DNA of 64,000 nt from an uncultured Gemmatimonadales bacterium (GTDB lineage: Bacteria; Gemmatimonadota; Gemmatimonadetes; Longimicrobiales; Gaopeijiaceae), in assembly GCA_963809895.1 (NCBI GenBank), contig CAWELD010000003.1:1120001-1184000 (forward strand), in the 5' to 3' direction. The notes under the pieces were generated by a model. That model worked only from the letters and a program-made list of their open reading frames with translations. It was not told the origin of the DNA and did no database searches. Of the stretch, positions 19,670-28,112 are shown in pieces. The stretch's first letter is position 1, and each line of letters starts with the position of its first letter. The position numbers and the translations under genes are program-made.

Positions 19670-19939
19670 CTGCGGTGAGGGCTCCGATGGCTTGAGTCTT
19701 GCGATCGGCCTGCCGTGTCGAGCTCGACCGGCCGGGGCCTGAATGTTCGCCGGCTCACCGGTGGCACGCAATCGCCGAGGATGGAACCAAGACCCCCGGC
19801 AACGGGGTTGCATGAGCAGCGATTGGATCGTTTTTGACAACGAGGCCCGTTGGCGCCTCTCAAACTTGAAGGATCTTTCTCTCCCGGCGCCGCGGTGGCC
19901 CGACAGAGAACGCTTTCCACGATCGAGCAGAGGGTCATC

Positions 19940-22900
19940 ATGACGACGTTCCGGACCAGACCGCGACCTCTCGGCCGCTTCGGCGTGACGCTTCTCGCGC
20001 TGGCTGCCCTGGGCGCGGTGCCTCACACGGTCCAGGCCCAGTCCTCGTACTTCGGGCGCAACAAGGTCCAGTACGACGACTTCGATTTCAAGGTGTTGGA
20101 GACCCCGCACTTCGACATCTACTACTATCCGGAAGAGACCGAGGCCATCGAGGATCTGGCCCGCATGTCCGAGCGCTGGTACGAGCGTTTCGCGCGGACC
20201 TTCCAGCACGAATTCGAGGGCCGCAAGCCACTCATCGTGTACGCGGACCACCCGGACTTCCAGCAGACCAACACCCTGCAGGGCTCCATCGGCGAGGGGA
20301 CCGGCGGTGTGACCGAATCGCTCAAGAACCGGGTGATCCTGCCCCTCACCGGATCCTATCACGATACCGACCACGTGCTCGGCCACGAGCTCGTGCACGC
20401 CTTCCAGTACAACATCGCGCAGGGGCGCAGGGGCGCCGGCCTCCAGGGGCTCAACTCCCTTCCCCTCTGGCTCATCGAGGGAATGGCGGAATATCTGTCC
20501 ATCGGTCGCGACGACCCGTTGACGGCCATGTGGATGCGGGATGCCCTCCTGCAGGAGGATTTCCCCACCATCAAGCAGATGACCAAAGAGCAGCGCTTCT
20601 TCCCGTACCGGTTCGGCGAGGCGCTGTGGGCGTACATCGGCGGAACCTACGGCGACGACGCGGTGGTCCAGATCTATCGTCGTGCGCTGCGAATCGGCTT
20701 CCAGCCGGCGCTGCAGCAGGTGCTGGGCGTGTCGGCGGACACCCTCTCCGTGCAGTGGAAACAGGGCGTGTCCCAGGCCTACCAGCCGCTGATGGAGGGA
20801 CGGTCCCATCCCGACTCGGTAGGGACGTTGATTCTCGGGCCTGGTACCGGCGCCGGCGAGCAGAACGTCGCACCGTCGTTGAGCCCCGACGGTCGTTACG
20901 TGGCCTTCATCTCCGAGAAGGACCTCTTTTCGGTAGACCTGTACCTGGCGGAGACGGCCACCGGGAAGATCCTGCACAAGCTCTCCAGCTCAGCATCGGA
21001 TCCGCATTCTGACGCTCTCAGCTACATCGCGTCTTCAGGCACGTGGTCGCCCGACGGCACGCAGTTCGCCTACGTGGTCTTCGCAAGTGGTGCGAACGAA
21101 ATCTACATCGTCGACGTGGAGAGCGGCGACGTGAGGAAGCGGATCTCGTTCGACGAGATCGGCGCCGTCAACAACCCGTCATGGTCTCCCGACGGCACGC
21201 GACTCGCGTTCACGGGCATGAAGGGCGGTATCTCCGACCTCTACGTCTACGACCTGAACAGCGAGGAGCTCACGCAGCTCACCAACGATCGCAACGCCGA
21301 CTACCAGCCCACCTGGTCGCCCGACGGCAACACCATCGCCTTCGCGTCGGACCGCGGGCCGGAGACGAACTTCCGGGACCTCACCTACAGCCGGTTCCGG
21401 ATCTCGCTGATCGACGTTCGCTCGCACGAGGTGCGCACGCTGAACCTGCTGGGCAACGTTCGGCACTCCAACCCGGAGTTCGGCGAGGACGGCAATACGC
21501 TCTTCTTCCTCTCCGACGCCGACGGGTTCGCCGACATCTACCGCGTGGATCTCCGCACGAACGACGTGCGCCGGCTCACCCGCGTGGCCACCGGCGTGAG
21601 CGGCATCACCGCCATGTCGCCGGCCATGTCGCAAGCCAACGGCACCCTGGCCTTCTCGGTCTTCACGGCGCTGGGCTTCAGGATCCACACGCTTCCGTCG
21701 TCGGTGGCCGGTGAGGCCGTGACGACGCGCATGGCCGGGGCCGGACAGCCGGAGGCGCCCGGACGGATGCTCCCGCCGCCGAGCCCTGACCGCTTCAGTC
21801 GGGTCTCCGAGTACCTGGCGGATGCGTCCACGGGGCTGGTGCCTCCGGGCACCTACACCGGCGACGAAGCCAAGGATTACGATCCCTCGCTCGCGCTGGA
21901 CTACGTGGGCCAGCCTTCGGTGGGCGTGGGCACGGACCGCTTCGGAAGCTACGTGGGCGGTGGAGCGTCGGCCTTCTTCAGCGACATGTTGGGCAACCGG
22001 TTGCTCGGGGTGGCGCTCCAGGCGCAGGGGTCGGTGAAGGATATCGGAGGGCAGGTCGTCTACGCCGACGTGGGCCACCGCTGGAACTGGTCCGTGAACG
22101 CGGGCCGCATTCCGTACATGCTGCTCTACCAGGGCCTGTACGCGGATTCCACCAACGGCGCCTACCTGGCCCAGACGCGCTACCGGATCTTCATCACCAG
22201 CGTGGGGGGCACGGTCGCCTATCCGTTCTCCATGACCCGCCGGGTGGAAACCCGGCTCGGCTTCACCCGACAGTCGTACGACATCGAGGAGGATCGGTAC
22301 TTCCTGGATGGGCTCGGGCGAATCGTGAGCGCCCGTCGGGTCCAGCTGGACTCGCTGGAGCCCCCGCCGCTCAACCTGGGCCAGGCCTCCATTGCCCTGG
22401 TGGGCGACAACTCCTTCTTCGGCTTCACCTCGCCCATCCGCGGCGGCCGCTGGCGCTTCGAAGGAGAGGCCACCTACGGCTCGGTGAACTTCTTCACCGC
22501 CATCGCCGACTGGCGGCGTTACTGGTCCCCGGCCAAGTACCTGACTGTGGCGGCGCGGGGCCTGCACTACGGGCGCTACGGGCTTGCGGCCGGGGACGCC
22601 AACGTGGTCCGGCCCCTGTTCCTGGGCTACGAGACGCTCATCCGGGGCTACTCCATCGAGAGTACCGACGTGAGCGAATGTCGGGTGGGAGCGACATCGA
22701 CGGATTCGTGTCCCACGGTGTCTCGACTCCAGGGGCAACGCCTGGGCGTCGTGAACCTGGAGCTACGCGTGCCGCTCCTGGGCACGGAGCAGTTCGGGAT
22801 CTTCAACTTCCCGTACCTGCCTACCGAGCTGACGGCGTTCGTGGACGGTGGCGCCGCGTGGGATCCGGAGCATCCGATCTCGTGGGAATTCCGGAAGACG

Positions 22901-23050
22901 TCCTCCGATCGCGTGCCGGTCTTCTCCTACGGCGTGTCGGCACGCTTCAACCTGCTGGGTTTCCTGGTCCTGGAGGCGTACTACGCCAATCCGTTGCAGC
23001 GGCCTGACAAGGGCTGGCACTGGGGCTTCTCGCTGTCGCCGGGCTGGTAA
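19940..23050 (+). CDS. Zn-metalloprotease + PD40/TolB propeller + Omp85/BamA-like barrel protein
   Basis: Signal peptide; FGRNKVQY; HELVH...WLIEGMAEY; WSPDG repeats; C-terminal barrel ending FSLSPGW. Confidence 0.8.
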   Translation: MTTFRTRPRPLGRFGVTLLALAALGAVPHTVQAQSSYFGRNKVQYDDFDFKVLETPHFDIYYYPEETEAIEDLARMSERWYERFARTFQHEFEGRKPLIVYADHPDFQQTNTLQGSIGEGTGGVTESLKNRVILPLTGSYHDTDHVLGHELVHAFQYNIAQGRRGAGLQGLNSLPLWLIEGMAEYLSIGRDDPLTAMWMRDALLQEDFPTIKQMTKEQRFFPYRFGEALWAYIGGTYGDDAVVQIYRRALRIGFQPALQQVLGVSADTLSVQWKQGVSQAYQPLMEGRSHPDSVGTLILGPGTGAGEQNVAPSLSPDGRYVAFISEKDLFSVDLYLAETATGKILHKLSSSASDPHSDALSYIASSGTWSPDGTQFAYVVFASGANEIYIVDVESGDVRKRISFDEIGAVNNPSWSPDGTRLAFTGMKGGISDLYVYDLNSEELTQLTNDRNADYQPTWSPDGNTIAFASDRGPETNFRDLTYSRFRISLIDVRSHEVRTLNLLGNVRHSNPEFGEDGNTLFFLSDADGFADIYRVDLRTNDVRRLTRVATGVSGITAMSPAMSQANGTLAFSVFTALGFRIHTLPSSVAGEAVTTRMAGAGQPEAPGRMLPPPSPDRFSRVSEYLADASTGLVPPGTYTGDEAKDYDPSLALDYVGQPSVGVGTDRFGSYVGGGASAFFSDMLGNRLLGVALQAQGSVKDIGGQVVYADVGHRWNWSVNAGRIPYMLLYQGLYADSTNGAYLAQTRYRIFITSVGGTVAYPFSMTRRVETRLGFTRQSYDIEEDRYFLDGLGRIVSARRVQLDSLEPPPLNLGQASIALVGDNSFFGFTSPIRGGRWRFEGEATYGSVNFFTAIADWRRYWSPAKYLTVAARGLHYGRYGLAAGDANVVRPLFLGYETLIRGYSIESTDVSECRVGATSTDSCPTVSRLQGQRLGVVNLELRVPLLGTEQFGIFNFPYLPTELTAFVDGGAAWDPEHPISWEFRKTSSDRVPVFSYGVSARFNLLGFLVLEAYYANPLQRPDKGWHWGFSLSPGW

Positions 23051-23075
23051 GCGCGGGAAGCATCCACGCCATCGA

Positions 23076-23111
23076 CGAAGGCCCGGCCGCCCATGGGTGG
23101 CCGGGCCTTCG
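23076..23111. terminator. Hairpin between convergent genes
   Basis: CGAAGGCCCGGCCGCCC-AT-GGGTGGCCGGGCCTTCG. Confidence 0.6.
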
Positions 23112-23151
23112 CACATCCGCCCGATTCCGCCTGTGGGTTGGCGCGCCCGCG

Positions 23152-24105
23152 CTAGAAGATCTCGATGGTGAGGTAGCGCTTGGGGTTGGCGCGCACGTCG
23201 GTGAGCAGCGAGTCCAGGCTGATGGCGGCGGCGTTGAGGCTCTCGTACAGCTGCCCGTCCTGCGACAGGCGTCCCAGCGTGCCCTCGCCGGCGGCCATCC
23301 GTCCGATGACGGTGTCCAGCGAGCCCAGGACGCGGTCCAGCCGGTCCCGGGTCTGACCGAGCTCCGCCAGCAGGCTGTCGGCCCGGGCCGCCGCGCTGGC
23401 CACGTCGGGTCCGGCGCTCTCGGCGGTCTCCGCCAGGCCGTCGGCGGCCCGGTTGAGCGTGGCGGTGAGGCGAGCGACCTCGTCCCTCTGCTGGGCCAGC
23501 ATGCCCCGCAGCTCACGGGTGAGTCCCTCGACGTCTCGCGCCGAGGCCTGCACCGACGCCACGGTGGGCGTGTCCAGGAGCATGCCGAGCCGTTGGAGCA
23601 CCACCTCGGCCTGCTCGCTCAGGCGGCCCGCCTGGTCCATGAGGCCCCCGCCCTGATCCTCGCCCGGCAGCGTGTCTCCCTCCTGGAGCACGGCCTGGGA
23701 CTCCCCCGGAACGATCTCCATGGTGCGCCCGCCGAAGATGCCCGATTCAGCCAGGACCGCGTGGGAGCCTCGCGGGATTCCCCATTCCCCCTCGATCTCG
23801 AGGGTGATGGCCACCCGACCGTCCGACGTCATCTCGAACTCGTGCACCCGCCCGACGTTGACGCCCCGCATCTGCACCGGATCGCCGCGCCGGATCCCGC
23901 CGGCGTCGGTCAGCTCCGTCACCACCATGTAGCGGCCTCGAAGGGTGGCGGGATCGGTGAGCAGGAACAGCACGGTGATGAAGGACACCAGCCCGAGGAG
24001 CACGAAGACTCCGATACGAAACTCACGGCCCGATCCGTCGCGAGGCACGGCGGCCTGGAGCTCCGCATCGCTGGGGCCGTTCTTCACTCTCTGACCGTCG
24101 GTCAT
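23152..24105 (-). CDS. mlaD: MCE/MlaD family protein
   Basis: N-terminal TM (EFRIGVF); GDPVQMRGVNVGRV; GEGTLGRL; NPKRY. Confidence 0.88.
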   Translation of the reverse strand: MTDGQRVKNGPSDAELQAAVPRDGSGREFRIGVFVLLGLVSFITVLFLLTDPATLRGRYMVVTELTDAGGIRRGDPVQMRGVNVGRVHEFEMTSDGRVAITLEIEGEWGIPRGSHAVLAESGIFGGRTMEIVPGESQAVLQEGDTLPGEDQGGGLMDQAGRLSEQAEVVLQRLGMLLDTPTVASVQASARDVEGLTRELRGMLAQQRDEVARLTATLNRAADGLAETAESAGPDVASAAARADSLLAELGQTRDRLDRVLGSLDTVIGRMAAGEGTLGRLSQDGQLYESLNAAAISLDSLLTDVRANPKRYLTIEIF

Positions 24106-24872
24106 GTCGTCTCCACGATGGTATCCAACGCGCGTTCGGCCGCCGCCCGGTCCACGAAGGCCTGCACCACAGGATCGGTGCTGGCGCGGAACTCGTCGGG
24201 GGTGCCGCAGAACCGGAGGCGACCCCCGTCCAGCATGGACACCCGGTCACAGATCAGGAGCCCACCCTCGATGTCGTGGGTGACCACCAGCGAGGTCACG
24301 TCCAGCTCGTCGGACAGGCGGGAGATCAGGCGCTCGACCGCGGCGGTGTTGATGGGATCGAGCCCGGTGGTGGGCTCGTCCCAGAGCAGGATGGCGGGCC
24401 GGCCCACGATGGCGCGGGCGATGCCCACACGCTTCTTCATGCCTCCGGACAGCTCCGCGGGAATCTTCTCCAGCACTTCGCGGGGGTCGAGGTTCACCAG
24501 CTCCAGGGCGCGCCACACCGCGCGGGCCGTGACCAGGCGCTGCTGCTTCAGGAGGGTCTCCTCCGGGATTCCCATGGCCACGTTGTCGAACACGTTCAGG
24601 GAATCGAAGAGTGCCGCGTTCTGGAAGACGTATCCCACCTTGCGCCGGGCCCGCTCCAGCGCCCCCTTGCCCCCGAAGTAGACCGACTCCCCGTCGATGC
24701 GAACGTCACCCCAGTCCGGGGTGATGAGGGCGATGGTGGTCTTGAGCAGCACGCTCTTGCCCGTGCCCGACGGCCCGAACAGGGCGAACATCTCGCCGGT
24801 CTCCACGGTCAGATCCACGCCGGCCAGGACCGGGTGATCGAAGGCCTTGTAGATCTGGCGATACTCGATCAT
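24102..24872 (-). CDS. mlaF: ABC transporter ATP-binding protein MlaF
   Basis: GPSGTGKS, LSGGMKKRV, DEPTTGLDP, VTHD. Confidence 0.9.
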   Translation of the reverse strand: MIEYRQIYKAFDHPVLAGVDLTVETGEMFALFGPSGTGKSVLLKTTIALITPDWGDVRIDGESVYFGGKGALERARRKVGYVFQNAALFDSLNVFDNVAMGIPEETLLKQQRLVTARAVWRALELVNLDPREVLEKIPAELSGGMKKRVGIARAIVGRPAILLWDEPTTGLDPINTAAVERLISRLSDELDVTSLVVTHDIEGGLLICDRVSMLDGGRLRFCGTPDEFRASTDPVVQAFVDRAAAERALDTIVETT

Positions 24873-24888
24873 GGGCGGACTCGCCTCC

Positions 24889-25704
24889 TCACTGCAGCAT
24901 CAGCGGCGGGAAGAGGGCATCGAGGATGAGGATCGTCAGGGTCATGAACATCACCGCATCGGTGGTGGTCCGACCCACGCCCTCCGCCCCACCCTGCGTC
25001 CGCAGCCCCATGTGGACCGAGATCAGGGGGATGGCCAGCCCGAAGACCGCGGCCTTGGTGAAGGAGTAGAAGAGGTCCCACGAATGCCAGAACAGGCGGG
25101 CGCCGTAGTAGAACGACTCGAAGCCCAGTCCGCCGTCGAGGCGCGCAGCGAGCATGCCCGCGAGGATGCCCACCAGGTTCGCGAAACCCACCAGCGCCGG
25201 CAGCACGACCAGCCCCGCCAGGACCCGGGGCGTGGCCAGGATCGCGATGGGATCGCGTCCCAACGAGTGGAAGGCGTCGATCTGTTCGGAGACCTTCATG
25301 GTGCCGAGCTCCGCCGTGATGCGGGCGCCCACGCGGCCCACCAACACGATGGCCGTCAACACGGGCCCCATCTCCAGCACGACCGTCTCCACCACGAGGC
25401 TCCCCAGCACGTACTGGGGAATCGCGCCGGTCATCTGATAGCCGCCCTGCTGCGACGTCACGATCCCGGCCAGCGCCCCGGTGACGAACACGATGGGCAG
25501 GCTCTCCACCCCCATGACGTAGATCTGGCGCACGAACTCGCGCACCGGAAAGCGGAGCCGGGCCACCGAGAGCACGATGGACCATGCGAGCAGGCCCAGG
25601 GCCCCGGCGTGATCCAGGACCAGGTGCGTACCCCGCCCGAAGCCCCGGAACCAACGGAACACGGGGCGTGGTACGGCAGGGACCGGAGTGGGCTCCGACT
25701 TCAC
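24889..25704 (-). CDS. mlaE: ABC transporter permease MlaE
   Basis: EMGPVLTAIVLVGRVGARITAELGTMKVSEQIDA; GAEGVGRTTT. Confidence 0.93.
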   Translation of the reverse strand: MKSEPTPVPAVPRPVFRWFRGFGRGTHLVLDHAGALGLLAWSIVLSVARLRFPVREFVRQIYVMGVESLPIVFVTGALAGIVTSQQGGYQMTGAIPQYVLGSLVVETVVLEMGPVLTAIVLVGRVGARITAELGTMKVSEQIDAFHSLGRDPIAILATPRVLAGLVVLPALVGFANLVGILAGMLAARLDGGLGFESFYYGARLFWHSWDLFYSFTKAAVFGLAIPLISVHMGLRTQGGAEGVGRTTTDAVMFMTLTILILDALFPPLMLQ

Positions 25705-25898
25705 GGAATGGCGCCGCCCGAAAGGTGGATGTCACGTGTCGGCAAAGCCCCGAAGCATCAGGAATCGACGGAGGGAAATCAAGGCGTGCCGCGGCGTGCG
25801 GGACGGGCGGCCGCTACCGCGACGGCGGTTGTGCACGGATGCCCGGATGCGTACCCTCGATGCCCTCCGAACCCCCGACGCCCCGAACCCGATCCGAC

Positions 25899-27170
25899 AT
25901 GCTCCCGACCCTCGTCCTGGCCGCCGTCATCCAGGCCCCGGGATCTCCGCAAGAGGACCGCTGGCTGAACGAGATTCGCCGCCTGCGAGAGAACCCGGCC
26001 GTAGCTCGCGCCATGGCGCTCATCGAATCCACCGACGACGAGACCATGGCGGATCTCGTGGAGCTCACCCAGATCCCCGCGCCTCCCTTCATGGAGGAGG
26101 TCCGCGCTCAGCGCGTGCTGGCGAAGTTCCAGACCCTCGGCGTCGACTCCGCGTGGATCGATGAAGAAGGCAACGTCCTGGCCCTCCGACGCGGCACGGG
26201 CGGAGGTCCGGTCCTGGCGCTCACCGGGCATCTGGACACCGTGTTCCCCGAGGGCACCGACGTGACCATCCGGGCCCGCGGCGACACGCTGTTCGCGCCG
26301 GGCGTGGCCGACGACACGCGCGGCCTGGCGACCATCCTCGCCGTGCTGCGCTCCATGAACGAGGCGGAGGTGCGCACCGCCGGCGACGTGCTCTTCGTCG
26401 CCACCGTGGGCGAGGAGGGCCTCGGGGATCTGCGCGGCGTGAAGCACCTCTTCCGCGACGGAGGTCCCCGGATCGACGCCTTCATCTCCATCGACGGCAC
26501 CAGCACGGACCGGGTCACGCACCAGGGCCTCGGTTCGCACCGCTACAAGGTCACCTTCAAGGGCCCCGGCGGACACTCCTGGGGCGCCTTCGGACTGGCG
26601 AACCCCGCCCACGCGCTGGGCCGGGCCATCGCCATGTTCGATGACGCGGCGGACGGGTTCACCTCCGACGGGCCGCGCACGAGCTACAACATCGGCCGCA
26701 TCGGTGGCGGCACCTCGGTCAACTCCATCCCTTTCGAAGCGTGGATGGAGGTGGACATGCGCTCGGAGAGCCCGGCGTCGCTGGAGCAGATCGACGCCAT
26801 CCTGCACCGTTCCGTGCAGTCGGCCCTGGAGGCCGAGAACGACGCCCGTCGCGACGGGCCCGAGCTCACCGTCGACGTGGACATGATCGGCGACCGTCCC
26901 TCGGGCGAGATCGCCGAAGACGCTCCCCTGGTTCAGCGCGCCGCGGCCGCCACGCGCCTCCTGGGCGAGACGCCCCAGCTCGGCCGTTCGTCCACCGATT
27001 CCAACGTGCCCATCGCCTCGGGCATTCCCGCGGTGACGCTGGGCGGCGGGGGTGTGGCCGGCGGCTCGCACAGTCCCGAGGAGTGGTACCTGAACGAGAA
27101 CGGGCCGCTGGGCATCCAGCGCGTCCTGCTCATCACTCTGGCCCAGGCCGGGTTGGCCCCGGCGTCGTAG
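25899..27170 (+). CDS. M20/M25/M40 family metallopeptidase
   Basis: GHLDTVFP, GVADDTRG, GEEGLG, GGHSW, STDSN, HSPEEW. Confidence 0.88.
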   Translation: MLPTLVLAAVIQAPGSPQEDRWLNEIRRLRENPAVARAMALIESTDDETMADLVELTQIPAPPFMEEVRAQRVLAKFQTLGVDSAWIDEEGNVLALRRGTGGGPVLALTGHLDTVFPEGTDVTIRARGDTLFAPGVADDTRGLATILAVLRSMNEAEVRTAGDVLFVATVGEEGLGDLRGVKHLFRDGGPRIDAFISIDGTSTDRVTHQGLGSHRYKVTFKGPGGHSWGAFGLANPAHALGRAIAMFDDAADGFTSDGPRTSYNIGRIGGGTSVNSIPFEAWMEVDMRSESPASLEQIDAILHRSVQSALEAENDARRDGPELTVDVDMIGDRPSGEIAEDAPLVQRAAAATRLLGETPQLGRSSTDSNVPIASGIPAVTLGGGGVAGGSHSPEEWYLNENGPLGIQRVLLITLAQAGLAPAS

Positions 27171-27199
27171 GAGCCCCCCTTCCCCGAACGGAGAGCCCC

Positions 27200-28093
27200 A
27201 TGATCCCCTCCCGCATGACTCCATTCCTGACCACGCTCACCCTGTGTGCCCTGCTGGCCGCGTGCGGCGGGTCCGACGCCGGTGGAGAGTCCGACAGCGA
27301 CGACATGGCGGCCGGGTCCGCACCGGCCGGTCCCCGGGTCGCGCTGGCGCCCACCGCCGACGATCAGCTGCCACCGGCCATCCTGGGCAACGGAGGCCCC
27401 CTGCAGGGGGTCGACATCCACTACGTCCAGGGAGACACGGCCACCACCGGATACCTGGCCGTGCCCGAGGGCCCCGGGCCCTTCCCCGCCCTGGTCATCG
27501 TGCACGAGTGGGACGGACTCAAGGACCGCGTGCGCCAGGTGGCCGATGACCTTGCGGCCGAGGGGTACGTGGTGCTCGCCGCCGACCTGTACGAGGGCCG
27601 CACCGGTGAGTCCAGCGAAGAGAACATGGCCCTGGTGCAGGAGGTGCGCGCCAACCAGGAGAAGATGATCTCGAACCTGGACGCGGCCGTGGCGTCTCTG
27701 CGGGCCCGTCCCGACGTCACGGGCCGGGTCGGGGCCATGGGCTGGTGCTTCGGTGGCGGCGTGGCCCTCTCCTTCGGCCTGGACGGGGTCAACCACGAAG
27801 CCACCGCCATCTTCTACGGCCAGCTCGTCGACGATCCCGAGGTCCTGGCCCGCATGTCGCACGAGGTGTACGGCACCTTCGCCGCCCTGGACGGCGGCAT
27901 CCCGCCCGAGGCCGTGGAGAGCTTCGTGGCCGCGCTCCGCGAGGCCGGCGTGGAGAACGACGTCCACGTCTACGACGACGTCAACCACGGCTTCTGGCTG
28001 CGGGTGGACCAGGACCCGGAGACCCGGACCGCCCCAGCGCTGGACGCGTGGCAGCGCCTCAAGGCCTACCTGGACCGTACCCTGGGCGGCTGA
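27200..28093 (+). CDS. Dienelactone hydrolase family lipoprotein
   Basis: Lipobox LAAC; HEWDGL; nucleophile motif GWCFGG; HGF. Confidence 0.88.
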   Translation: MIPSRMTPFLTTLTLCALLAACGGSDAGGESDSDDMAAGSAPAGPRVALAPTADDQLPPAILGNGGPLQGVDIHYVQGDTATTGYLAVPEGPGPFPALVIVHEWDGLKDRVRQVADDLAAEGYVVLAADLYEGRTGESSEENMALVQEVRANQEKMISNLDAAVASLRARPDVTGRVGAMGWCFGGGVALSFGLDGVNHEATAIFYGQLVDDPEVLARMSHEVYGTFAALDGGIPPEAVESFVAALREAGVENDVHVYDDVNHGFWLRVDQDPETRTAPALDAWQRLKAYLDRTLGG

Positions 28094-28112
28094 GCGGTTC
28101 GGGGCAGCCGCG

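Noticed and set aside
19670..20977. N-terminal extension of the BNR ORF to 858 aa
   Set aside because: Antisense to the Omp85 gene; the lipoprotein signal lies just after ATG 19669
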